The notes beneath the pieces were generated by a model. The model was not told where the DNA came from, made no database searches, and was given only the letters and a program-made list of their open reading frames with translations. A stretch of 60,278 nucleotides of DNA, counting the filler, from Diploschistes diacapsis (lineage: Eukaryota): the NCBI GenBank assembly GCA_023645945.1. It is 5 parts of 5 records of this genome, joined end to end, with 100 filler letters (N's around TTAATTAATTAA, not from the genome) between each part and the next. Parts side by side here need not be neighbours in the genome. Positions count along the whole stretch, not along the records: positions 48,329 to 60,278 come from JALAIB010000779.1; 4 more parts are not named here. One strand, written 5' to 3'. Positions 49,586 to 60,278 of this stretch are shown here, piece after piece. The position numbers and the translations under genes were made by a program. Each line of letters opens with the position of its first letter. Positions within the stretch are counted from its first letter, which is position 1.

Positions 49586-51501
49586 CTAGGTAATCGGGAA
49601 GTCCATGTTCATGTGCTCCTTGATCGTTTCCCAATCCCAACTGTTCTCGTCACCCCTGTCCATCATCCTCCAAACCTGGTCCACGATCTCCTTGGACGGT
49701 CCAACGTTACCAAAGTCGTTGGACGATTCGAGCTTCTCGAACACTTTGTCGATACGTTCTCGCTGTTGGGTTTCGAACGCCGCGCAGCCGAAGAGGAAAG
49801 TGGGCAGCAGCAGAAAGCAATTGGTGGTAGGATCGGCACCGGAGACCTGTTCGAGAAGCACGATGCCACGATGAACCCTCAGCGATAGAGCCTCGTCCGG
49901 CTTCGAGATGCGAATGGTCCGATGGAGATAGACGAAGGCTGCTTCCCGGTAGAGCTGACCCGTCAACCAGTCGAGACTTCCCTCCTCCTGGCCCGAATCC
50001 CATTCCTTCAGACTCCGGTTCAGCCTTTCGCTTTCTCTTATCGCCATATAGTCAACGGTCTGGTACTTCTTCAGCGCTTTCCGCCGACGGACGTGGTCGC
50101 GAAGAGTAGTGATCCTGGTTATGATGGGGCAAAGGCCGATGAGGTTCTTGTGCATGATGCCGTCGTAGGTATTGACGACCTCCGATATGGCAAACCTCAG
50201 CTCGTGCGAGGGAGGGGAGGCTTCGTCAATCCTGTCCAGAGCATCGGACGGAACCCTTGAGAGCGAGGTCATGGAGATGGCCAGTCTGGCAAACTCGAAG
50301 AACTCGGCGGCGAACCGGCCCATGGGTTCCTGCTCCTTGAATTTGACGTAATCGCGGGCGAACGTGTAGTGGTACAGGTACTCGGGCTTTTGACTGCCGT
50401 CGGTGACCTGCAGCTGATATTGCAGCACCAAACATGCAACTACCCCATCCGAGACATCCGTGTTGGAAGAGCTTGCTTTGCCGACGGCTTCGTTCAGGTA
50501 TTCTATCGATTTGTCGATATGCTTCGTTTTGCAGTCACGATAGTCGGCACGCTGATCGGATCGGAGAAGGTGGGCACCGGACAGGCCGAGCAAGGAATGC
50601 ATGACGACAGGGTCATTGGAGGCCAGCGGTACGATGAGCGAAAGGAACGGGTTGCTCAGTGGGTCGTTTCCCTTTGAGGTGAGGACGGTGCTCACTTTGT
50701 CGCAGTAGTGGGCGAAGAAGACGGTATCGATGTCTGTTTCGAGTCCAGCGAAGATGTAATCGACGCTTTTGGGAATCGTGGCGACGGAAACGCGAAAAGC
50801 TACAGAGCGACGTCAGTCAATACCCAGCCTATCGATGAAGCAGGGACCAGGGTAAGCCCCACAGCCTGCCCTGTTCTTCGCCTTGCCCGGCTGCCATTCC
50901 CTTTTCGGGGCATACCCTTTGCAAAAGAAGCCGTTGTTCTCGCAATTCAAGCCTTCGCACAACGTCAGCACCTAGCATAGTACACGGACACACGCCAAAG
51001 GGGCGGGGGCGGAGGCGGAGAGCTTCATCGATGCTCACATTCGGGCTTGCGCTCATCGCACTTCTTCTTTCTCTCCCGACAGGTAAAGCAGCCAGTCTTT
51101 GATCGGACAAAGGTTTTGCTTTTGATCTTTGGCGAAGGAAGCGTGACCATGTTGACCACGTTCTTTTTGGGCCTGCCTCTTCCCCTCTTCTGCGGCACGA
51201 CGGCAGCCTTCGAGCTTGCTTCCGAGGGTGTTCCGGGGCTTCCGCATACTTCGAACGATGAGATTCGCGGTTTGGTGGGAGAGGTGGGGCCGCCATTCGA
51301 ACCCCTTTCGGCTTTGACAAGGGCCGTTTCCGAGTAGTCGGCGACGTCTGGGTCCGTTTCCGAGGCCCCGACGTCCTGGAGCGTCGACGGGCTCAGATCG
51401 GCGCTCATGGCAGATGTCGAGGACGGGGATATGCTGGAGCGAGCGACTGGTCGATCGGCCGAGGAAAGCCGGCCCGGCCAAGGATGCTGAAGCTCGTTCA
51501 T
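49586..51501 (-). CDS. Zn(II)2Cys6 transcription factor with AT-hook and C-terminal fungal-specific TF domain (at least two introns; start uncertain, 51501 or 51408)
   Basis: KRGRGRPKK AT-hook; spliced RSKTGCFTCRERKKKCDERKPE|CLNCENNGFFCKGY; NPFLSLIVPLA, VMHSLLGLSGAHL, LLPTFLFGCAA, VWRMMD...WDW. Confidence 0.88.
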
Positions 51502-52116
51502 ATGCGCAGCGAGGGCCGGATCAGTCAGCCTGGCGTGTGAAGTGGTTTGCCAGTCGCAGACGGGAGACACTGGGCCAACAGGGCGGGATCGGATCGACCA
51601 GAGTCACGAGGACGAGGAAGGGTTGTATATTTTATCGAGGACTTGAGATGGGTGCGATGTAGAAGTCGAGTGAATTGACGAATGTTAAATCAGGGCAGCA
51701 TGGGAGTCTGCGCACAGAGCTCGGCGTGGGAAGGAGGGTGCAAAGGTCGATCAGTGATCAGCGCTTGAAGGACCATTAAGAGTTGTGGCAATGAGCAGTA
51801 CAAAGGCAGCAAGTACACTTGAAGGGACTTTCTGGCCAAGAGGTGCTAGTTAGGAGCTTTATCTCCAAACCCCAGTCAGGCCCCAATATCGGCAGGAATT
51901 TGGAAGCGTAGCAGTAGCAGGATGTCTTGACAACGGTGGGCGGCGAGGCCGTTTGTGTATTTGCGCGGGTCTAGTCCGGGTGCCTGTCAACCGCGAGTTC
52001 GGTTACATTCCAATGGAGGAAGAGGAGTCGGATGACGAACATGGGAGATGCAGGTGGGGAGCAAGCAAGGTTGGGGACGTAGTACAGATTCTAATTGACG
52101 ACCAAAAGGGAGTAAC

Positions 52117-54393
52117 AGACAGACAGACAGACAGACAGACAGAGGCAGGTTTAGGGTATTGTACTATTAGGCTGTTTTAATTGGATCGGCCAGGAGTGAG
52201 GTCAATCGAGATAAGCGACTGTTTACTGTTAACTGTCACCTGTCAACTGTTAACTTGTTACTGTTAAAAGACTAGAGAGAGCAAAGCATTCGATGTGCGG
52301 AAAGAGGACTGATTGGTAAGTGCATACATACAGTAAGTAAGTAAAAAACTGGGTAGGTCAGTGGGGGCGGCACCACCATCATCCCGGCGGTTTTTTTTCT
52401 TTTTTTCTTTTTTCTCTTTTTCTCTTTTTTCTTGACATTCGGAGTTAATTTTCTTATCTACGGAAAGCCCAAGTTTGTAGATGCTCCAGGTAGGTATTAT
52501 TTATCATTTATTATTTATTAATCATTGTGTTATTGTATAGTGTAGGTATACTACTACTAGTAAAACTTTAACCCATGCCCGCGGGAATACATGCAGCTGT
52601 TTGAGGGGTAACGGAATAGTACAGAGTGGCTTATGCGAACAGTCAGCAGCCAAGTACGAGGCCGACTTAGTTTATGCGCGGTTATTGACTATTGTTGGAT
52701 GTTACTGCTCAGGTTCTTCCGTTGCCCCGTCGTCCCCGGTTCCAACCCCTCTCCTGCCCCGGCACTGCACTACTATTTCATTTTATTTTATTTTATCTTA
52801 TTTTTATTTTACTTTTAATTCCAAACTTGTCTCTCTCTCTTCTCTTCTTAGCACGCCAGCTAATATAGTACCTAGTGCCCAGTTGTCCAGTGCCCAGTGC
52901 CCAGTGCCCAGTGCCCAGCCCACCAAGCCAGTAGTGCCCCTGCCAAGTGAGCCCTAGAACACAAGCTTAGCGCCGATTAGTGCCGACGCTACACAAGCAA
53001 GGGTATTTTGCCCTACAAAGAAAAAGTCGAAAGAAAAAAAAAGGCTCAACGTGTCCTCCTTCTCATGGAAGAGAAGATAGATAGATAGATGGATAGATGG
53101 ATATGTAGACAGACAGCATATATTTGTGGCCGCGTCAACTAGCTCGGCGCTAATCTTTGCTCTGGGGGCGGGGTCAATGCGCAGTAACGGCTATCACTAT
53201 AAAAACTAAAAACCTAGTCTTGAAGTCTTGAGCCTCGAGCCTTGAGCCTTGACGGTCCAAAGCATAATTATAATCCACACTCGTTTTCCCGTATCCGGAG
53301 GCGATCAGGATCAAACGCAGGCATAGCATGCATCTTCCATGCATCTTCCTACAGAGCAGAGCTGCCCCACCCGCTAACTATTCAATCGCCAAGATGTTTG
53401 GTGCATTATTGCCTGCATACGAGCGCTCATCAACCTTCAACCTTCAACCTTCAACCTTCGACGTACAGAGAGCATGTGCCCTTGCATGCCTGTTCGGCCT
53501 GGACCAACCCATTACTACGCAAAGCAGCGAGGAGGGACAGCCTCTGGCCCCAGCTTGCCCACTGTCCCTGGCTCCGGGCCATCGCTCACAACGCTACAGT
53601 TGAACCAAGACTGGTCGACCACGACAACAAGACGCTTTGTTGCTTTTCTGGCCGCCAGCCTGGCACTAACCAAGCGCCACTTATGAGGGAAAGGAGCCGG
53701 ATATCTGCCTCTGTACTTCGGCCCAGTCAGTCCGGTCATCGGTACTAAAGCTCGGCCAGAAAAAGTGCGGGCAGTTTAGTGCGGAATCGTCCTCTTCCTT
53801 CCCGGGCCTTCGGTTTTCATCACGCCACCATACAGCTTACCAGGCTGTTGTAAGTTGTAAGTTGTAACCTACCATCCCTTCAGTTCAATAGCGCTACGCT
53901 ACCATCATCAAACGCCAGTGCTACCTTGTCCGCTTTCAGCTTTGCCTCGAGTAGACTGGTAAAGTAGCTGAAGGTCTGTGTCCGCGCCAGTCGCATTCAT
54001 TTACTCGGGGTAGGGGTAGGCGGCATCTATCTGTTAACTAGCTGATCGAGATGAGCATGGCTTAGCAATCGACACACAGAATCCCGCTCCCTGCCAAGCC
54101 AATTGATCACCCCCGTCAGCTCGCCCACGACACTGCTGAACGAGCTCTACATGGTTGCGGCGCAAGAGAAGAGGATCACGAATCACCGATCCTTCATCAG
54201 AGAGCACGCTCTACAACCATGGTTCACTAGCAGCTGGCCTGGTCTAGCTCGATCTCACTTGGTATAACGGGCCTTTGACGGCCGCTTCCGATCGACACTC
54301 ATCACTCGGCTGAGGTTGAGGTTGAGGACAGGATAAACCGCCAATAGCCTTCCCAGCTCAAGGAGGAGGAGGAGGAGGAGGAGGAGGAGGAGC
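52117..54393. repeat. Cluster of microsatellites upstream of the TF: (GACA)n near 52117, (CCAGTG)n near 52875, (GATA)n near 53075, (GGA)n 54361-54393
   Basis: Directly visible simple repeats. Confidence 0.85.
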
Positions 54394-55366
54394 AGCAGGA
54401 TGCCTGTTTTCGTCACGGTGTTCCGAGCGTCGATGGAAGGTGTTCTCGAACAGCCCTACATAGGAGAGACGAGACCATAGCGAGAGCTGGGTCAGTTTTT
54501 TTGCGAGACGGCCTGTACGCAATAAAAACCTGCCTTGCTGGGAGGCTCCGCACGAAGTAGAAGGTACAGGACCGTTGCACACTGCTTGTCACTTTCCAGC
54601 GCACTCAACGAATTTGATACCTGAGGTGGCCCGCTTACATTTGAAACACCTGTCTGCCCTCGGTTGCTACGCTGCCACTCTCTTTACTGGGCAGCGGACG
54701 TGAAAGGCTCGCGAATATCCCGAACTTTATATATATTCCTGGTACACTAAATAACGTGCGTGCGCTGGTCGCCCGGTGCTTTACCACTGGCTGGGCAGGC
54801 AGCCATACAACGTGCTCAACCCAGGCCGCCACTGTCATCCCAATGTCACAATCGCCGATGCCAGCCGCTGCCGAGCCAAGAACGTGAGACGGCCTCTTTG
54901 CGGCGTTTTCGCGGGTATTGCTGCTAGGCACATGCTACTACAGTCCATGATCAACGTACAAAGTTCAATGGACGACGACGGCCGCCAAGGAGCGATCTGC
55001 AAGCGGCCTGCTCGTGCGAAGCCTGTTCGATAGGAGATGTGTCTAGGCTCCCCAGTTCAAGTATCAGGGAAGGAAGGAAGCATTCTCGGACCGCCAGCGG
55101 TTATGGGCCCGCTAAAGGTCTATCGATCTTCTCTGCCACTTCGCTCGGCCAACAACGCCCAGTTCATTGTCGAGAACTTAACCATAACGTAAGTCGACTC
55201 TTGATACCGGCCTCTCGTGCGAGTGAAGGGCTCTGTCAAGCGCTTACATCCTCAATGCTCCAAGTTGGAAGTGCACGGTCCAAGGAGTGCGAACGGCTGA
55301 CGAAGGCCTCCACGCCAAGGCTGGATGCTACAACACCAATGAGGAGTTGAACGTGTATCGAACATA

Positions 55367-55822
55367 CAGTATTAGGCCAGAAGTCGTTAGGTCCCTCCTA
55401 TATCTTACCAAAAAAGTCACTTTTCTAGCCTTCATATCTCTGCGAAAACGTTTCAAAAACTTGGACAAAAATCCAGAAGCTTTTAAAAGGCTTCAACCTA
55501 TTCATTCTCTCTTTTTTTTTTTCTCGATTTTCTAGAATTTTCCCCGGAGGGCCGTAAGACGTCGACGACGACAAAACGAGGGTACACGATTTTTAGCGGG
55601 GACCATATTTCTTAAATGTTTACCCCCCATATTAGGCACTCAAGGAAAATTCTTGAAATTCGAAAACAAAGTTTCCTTTATCCGTAATGCTTTAAAGTTC
55701 TTTATGATGTTTTGAATTTTCGATTTGGCACATTGCTGGGGAAGATGTTTGGGTACAAAGTTGATCGATTTTGGTGAGAATTGGGGGGGAGGGGGGACCT
55801 AACTACTTTTGGCACCTGACTG
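55367..55822. mobile_element. Tc1/mariner-type MITE (456 bp) with TA target duplication
   Basis: TA-CAGTATTAGGCCAGAAGTCGTTAGGTCCC on the left versus TA-CAGTCAGGTGCCAAAAGTAGTTAGGTCCC (reverse complement of the right end); CAGT termini typical of Tc1/impala-like TIRs. Confidence 0.75.
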
Positions 55823-56349
55823 TACAAGGCGCTGGAGTCGCCATATGGTCCCTTCAGACCAATCAATGACTATGAGGTGATGAAATAAAAAGCATCCGCA
55901 TCCAGTCTATTGAATGTCGCAAGCGGATCCGGTGATACGGTTCACTACGAAATAGCCGGAGATGCACCGAGATGCACCAAAATGCGTGCTTGGTTCGGCG
56001 GTCAAGGAGTTGTTGACCAATAATGGAGAGGAGCCCCTTTCAGTCCGTTTGCCCTCATCCCTCTACGGAATACCGCTTTATACGAAAGTATGTTGTGCTG
56101 GTGCCCATGTCAGCCCGAGTTCCTAGGACTACGGTTGCTATCTTTCATAAGGTCGAACTTCTCTTTTCGCTATCACCCTTTCCATAGTTTATATAGTCTG
56201 GCTGCCTTTACCCACGATCCGAGAAGCGTCCCCCCCCCCCTTGGCGTGCAGGACTTGCACTGTTGTCCCACTGTTGCGGCAAGCCTAGCTCATCAAGAAG
56301 CCGATTTGTGTCTCGGGCTTGCCCAGACTAGGTTGTTGCAGGATGGGCT

Positions 56350-58410
56350 TTCACAATGCATGCATATTTGCGGCAGCGCTCACTCGGTTGATCATCTCAA
56401 ACCCACCGTCATGGCTTTTTCCTTCGCATCCATCCCGTGTTCGGCGTAGATGGAGAAAGTATGATCGCTGTATGCGGCACCTGAAGAGCAACTGCCGAGA
56501 CCAGAAGCACGAAGGCGCGCCTTTGATGCCTGACGGTATACCAAGATGTCCAAGAGTGGCATTGGCTCGCTTCTCGCAAAACACATGTACGAGCCAAGCC
56601 GAAGTGGCTATCCCGGCAGCGGTCCCAGCTCTCCTTGTGCTTCCAAATCTTGAAAGCAGCTGTGTGATTCGTTGATCAAGTAGGTTCAGGAATTGGGCTG
56701 TGCTTAGCATCTGGTGAGCCATGGTCATGCTTGGGGAGTTTGCGTCAACGGTTTGTGGTGGCATTCTCTGGCCCCCTGAGCCATACCGCAGACCTCAACG
56801 CTTTCCTGTTAACCCCATACAGCTTACTGCAAGCATGATGCACCATGCCCCCTCCAGTGTCAGTCGTCTTCCCTACATGGTGGTCGAATGTATTTCGAGT
56901 TTATCTTGCGGCAACGCGCAATTACAATGCAGCATCGGTCAGACTGAAACACTCATGTCGAGCAGTGATAGCTGCTCGGTATCTGATTGCCGGTTCTGCT
57001 AGCTTCCAGACAACTACTTGCAGCAGGTATACGTCTTCGGTCCAAACTTCCAATGACGCTTCCGAACTCTTTACCCATGATTCGAACCAAAAAATCTGTG
57101 CACCAGGTACCCACTGGCTCGTGCTGGTCATGGAACTTTGAAAGGGTTTTTCTTGCATTCTGAGAAGAAAGATACAATGCAGGTGGGCAGCATGAGGATG
57201 CATGAAGCCACAGGGACCACCCTGTCTTGCGACTTGCCTGCTTCGAATTCGTCCCCGTTGAGAAGCATCAGAGGAGCTGAATCGTAGTTCTCACCCCACT
57301 GCATCTTCCCGTCAGGGAAAAGCGCCCCTTTAGAAGGCCGCCACATGCCAGAGCATCGGATTATGCAAGGGCTGCGTACGCCAGGCGCTCGATTGACGTG
57401 CCCTCGGTCTTCTGCGGCCTCGTGGATCTGATCGGACTTGTCTACGAACGAGGCTGCCTATCTCGAGAGATTGACAAACCGAAATCTATGCGCACCAATG
57501 ATTTCGGTGAGCCGGCATCTTGGTGGGCCCCTGCACGTTTCCCTATGCGGCATGATCATGATAAGGCTTCCAAATTCAAGAGAAACACCACACCAAGGCA
57601 ACCTTGTTGCTACTCTTTTCGTCATCTCTTGTATTCTTATGAGCAACAAGTTTCCACTCCCAGCCATCGCGCCCCCGCGAGGAGTCGCAAGGGCTTCCAA
57701 TTTCAGTTACACTTCCAACTCGTCATGGTCCTTGAAGAAACGAGTTTGGGTGCTAGAGCATGAGGAATCTCTTCATCCAAACTGTCAATGCCCAAGAAAA
57801 TTCACTTGAGCTCTTGAGCAAGAAGAGATAGACGGTCCTGTGACCGAAGCTCTCTCTGAACAATGATCATTTTGCTTTCACTAAGATCAAGATTTCTACC
57901 CTTGCTTTGAGCAGCTGTTCTGGTCGTTGTGAGTATGAAATGCACACTCATTTATAACTATTTGATGTTCTTTAAGCCAAGGTTTTTCTTTTTGCGATTG
58001 TTGAGCCGCATATTTCGAACGTTAAAGTTATCATCGCTGCGCTGTCTTTCTTTGGATGCAGAGGCTCGTCTGAAATCCGTCACCCAGTTTTCTACCACAA
58101 CTGAAATTAACCGTGCGTTCATCTGCTGCCAGCTGAGGTGTATATGGAAGGAGCCTTCAATCGAGTATGAAGTCCTAGGAAAATGCTTTTGCATTGACTA
58201 CAAGAATAATCCAAATCGGGATCAAACACATTATGCCAAGGTTGCCTTCAACTTTCGACGACGACCTTTTCTATACAATATCGCTACCCACTCAAAATTG
58301 TCTTCTCTTGCGTCTTCTCCTTCTTTCGGTCAGGCATCCTGGACTTATCAATTTCAAATCAAACCATTCGACTCTGATGCGATTATCGAAAATCGAGGCG
58401 TGTACATCAT
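56350..58410 (-). pseudogene. Probable decayed gene of unknown family (many frameshifts and stops)
   Basis: Successive protein-like segments in shifting minus frames: ENWVTDFRRASASKERQRSDDNFNVRNMRL..., IIVQRELRSQDRLSLLAQEL, DSLDEEIPHALAPKL, FFKDHDELEV*LKLEALATPRGGAMAGSG, LPWCGVSLEFGS. No family recognised; bounds approximate. Confidence 0.35.
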
Positions 58411-58576
58411 GAGGTCTTGGATGCTCGTGTCAATCTTACGAAGAAGCTACTTATTGCCAATTCTGTTGTAAATTTCTGACGCGAAAGAGCAAGCGGGAGT
58501 ACTCCAAGGGGGGTAACAGAGTGGGTTAAAGTCACTTTTACCTGACAATAAACGTACCGACGTCGGAAGTATCAAA

Positions 58577-60194
58577 ATGAGCGACTCGGCTCCGTTTCCC
58601 ACCAGGCCGGAGATCCTCAAGTACCACACCATTACGCAAAGCTTGGAGGCTTTCGGTGAAATTAGCGACCAAGCTATACGGCCTTGGATCTGAGCACAAC
58701 TCTGCGAGGGTAATCGAGGCTAGTGGACGCAGGCTCCACGAGCACAGAAGGTTTAATGAAGTCTCCACCAGCCTCATCGGTCTCGGTGTCCGCCGACATG
58801 AGATCGTTGCTGTAATCCCTAGCGGTGCTCGCATCCTTATCAATGCTGGTACAAGCGCAGCATACCGAGCGGATGCCACTACTGGCCAGGCCGTGAGCGA
58901 ATGCAGCACTGAGAACGTGCGTAAGAACGAGCTGAGGTTACCACCGCAATCAGACCAACGTCCATACGAAAACCTTGGTGAGCGCTTCATCTGGAACTCT
59001 CCCTTAGTAACGTCAAGTTCTTGTTTGATTTCCTTCTTGAGCCAGAGGTTTGGGGGAAGCGTAGGCCATCCAGATTGGGTCACCCGTGCATCAGCCGAAT
59101 GGGAAAGAAACTTTCCCTTCCATTTCAGTGTCATCATCTAATGCCTCAAAAACCATCACCGTGCCAAAACGACAAACGATGGGCCTTTCGACGAGAAACG
59201 GCTGAGCGAGTACACCTTTCTGACGCGCTCACCAAATAATCGGGTCGCGTGTTAGGAACGGAAAGAAGCTAGGGAGTAAGGGAAAAAAAAAGAAGCGTAT
59301 TCGGGTATATAACAGACCTACCTCGGTTGGATCCGGATTCATCACTCGGTCCACCCATGGATGAGGCAAAACGTGAGTTTATCGAGCGTATTGGTCCGGG
59401 CCCCCTTCTACATCGCGAACGGGCGCTGAGTTGGTTCCGGATGCTCTGAAGATTATTCTCCACAACGTCAGCAACAGCGCTGAAGAAGCAGCAAAGGGCA
59501 GACAGCGATTGGGCCAGGCTGTTTACCGTTACTGGGAGTCAAACGAAGATGATGGTGACGGAGCGCTACGTATGCAGCAGTATCTGGACAACTTCCCAAG
59601 TTCCCTTCGTGTATTACCACCCGCAAAGCCAGGACACGGAGCTCCTGGACCTCGCAGAAACTCTAACGGCTCACAGTCATGCTTTCCGGATATCCGACTT
59701 TGCCAACTCAGCTCAGGCATTTTCTAGAACACAATCCCCTAATCGCGCCCGCCTTCGCACCGCCACCCCACAGGCCCGTCTCCTTCTCCGGCACCCTACA
59801 CCCCGAAATCATCCTGGCAAGTCTCTTCCTCCCCCACCACGCCGCTTCCAACGACCACCGCTATCGCCGTTTTCTACACCAAGCCTCCTCCTCTTCCCCA
59901 TCGTCGTCCTCTTCCACCAACCACATCCCCGCCCCCATCCTCGAAGCCTTCCGCAACCCCGGCGCCGGCCCTAGCGTCGAGCAAGCGCTGCTGCCCCGCC
60001 TGCAGCCTTCCCCTAGACCAGTTCGAACGGGGGATTAATGCTTCCGAACACATAACATGATGCCCGCGGCGGAGGTGCACGCGGCGTGGCGCGCGGTCGA
60101 CGTACCGGGCTGGCTACCGCGGACGGGTTTCGAGGCCCTGATGGCTAAGGCGGAAATGGATTTGGGGCGGTGGGTGGATTTTATAGGCACCTAG
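58577..60194 (+). pseudogene. OTT_1508-like Zn-dependent nucleic-acid/nucleotide deaminase pseudogene
   Basis: caaaATG at 58577; VRRHEIVAV; in-frame TAA at 59139; GTLHPEIILASL (HxE, 59799-59807); ALASSKRCCPAC (59980-60003 for SKRCCPAC) in the +1 frame; VHAAWRAVDVPGWLP back in the HxE frame, ending TAG 60192-60194. Confidence 0.7.
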
Positions 60195-60278
60195 GCCGAC
60201 GGACAGGAGCGGCGGACGAGGAGGGACGAGCAGAAGGAAGGGGATTCGTATGGGGAAGATGATGGTGGTGGGGGGCAG

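Noticed and set aside
58538..59137. 199-aa minus-strand ORF
   Set aside because: Antisense shadow of the deaminase pseudogene's 5' half.
59940..60060. Programmed ribosomal frameshifting around the deaminase CxxC motif
   Set aside because: The gene has several other stops and frameshifts; decay or sequencing error is the simpler explanation.

Overview
Filamentous ascomycete (Pezizomycotina) genomic DNA. The window is not one locus. It is five contigs of 11993, 11990, 11986, 11959 and 11950 bp, in descending length order, joined by 100-nt N/TTAATTAATTAA/N spacers, so adjacency across spacers carries no meaning. Contig 1: a membrane-anchored histidine-phosphatase-like protein lacking the catalytic His, a hypothetical protein, a GH3 beta-glucosidase and a DDHD phospholipase A1. 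Contig 2: a small three-exon Myb-like gene (probable GC-AG intron), an F-box/LRR protein ending in CaaX, and glycogenin. Contig 3: a 12-kb AT-rich, RIP-mutated block with several ghost genes (one PD-(D/E)xK-like) and two tandem arrays, possibly the relic of a large gene-carrying mobile element. Contig 4: two TIR elements, TTI1, THI6, eIF5 with a poor-context uORF, a vacuolar Ca2+/H+ exchanger and a RIP'd pogo/Fot1 transposon. Contig 5: an AT-hook/Zn2Cys6 transcription factor with a long upstream region, a Tc1/mariner MITE, and a frameshifted OTT_1508-like Zn-deaminase pseudogene that the ORF track does not show as one gene, divergent from a second decayed reading frame. No rRNA, tRNA or CRISPR array was recognised. 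All calls come from reading the sequence; no database search was run.
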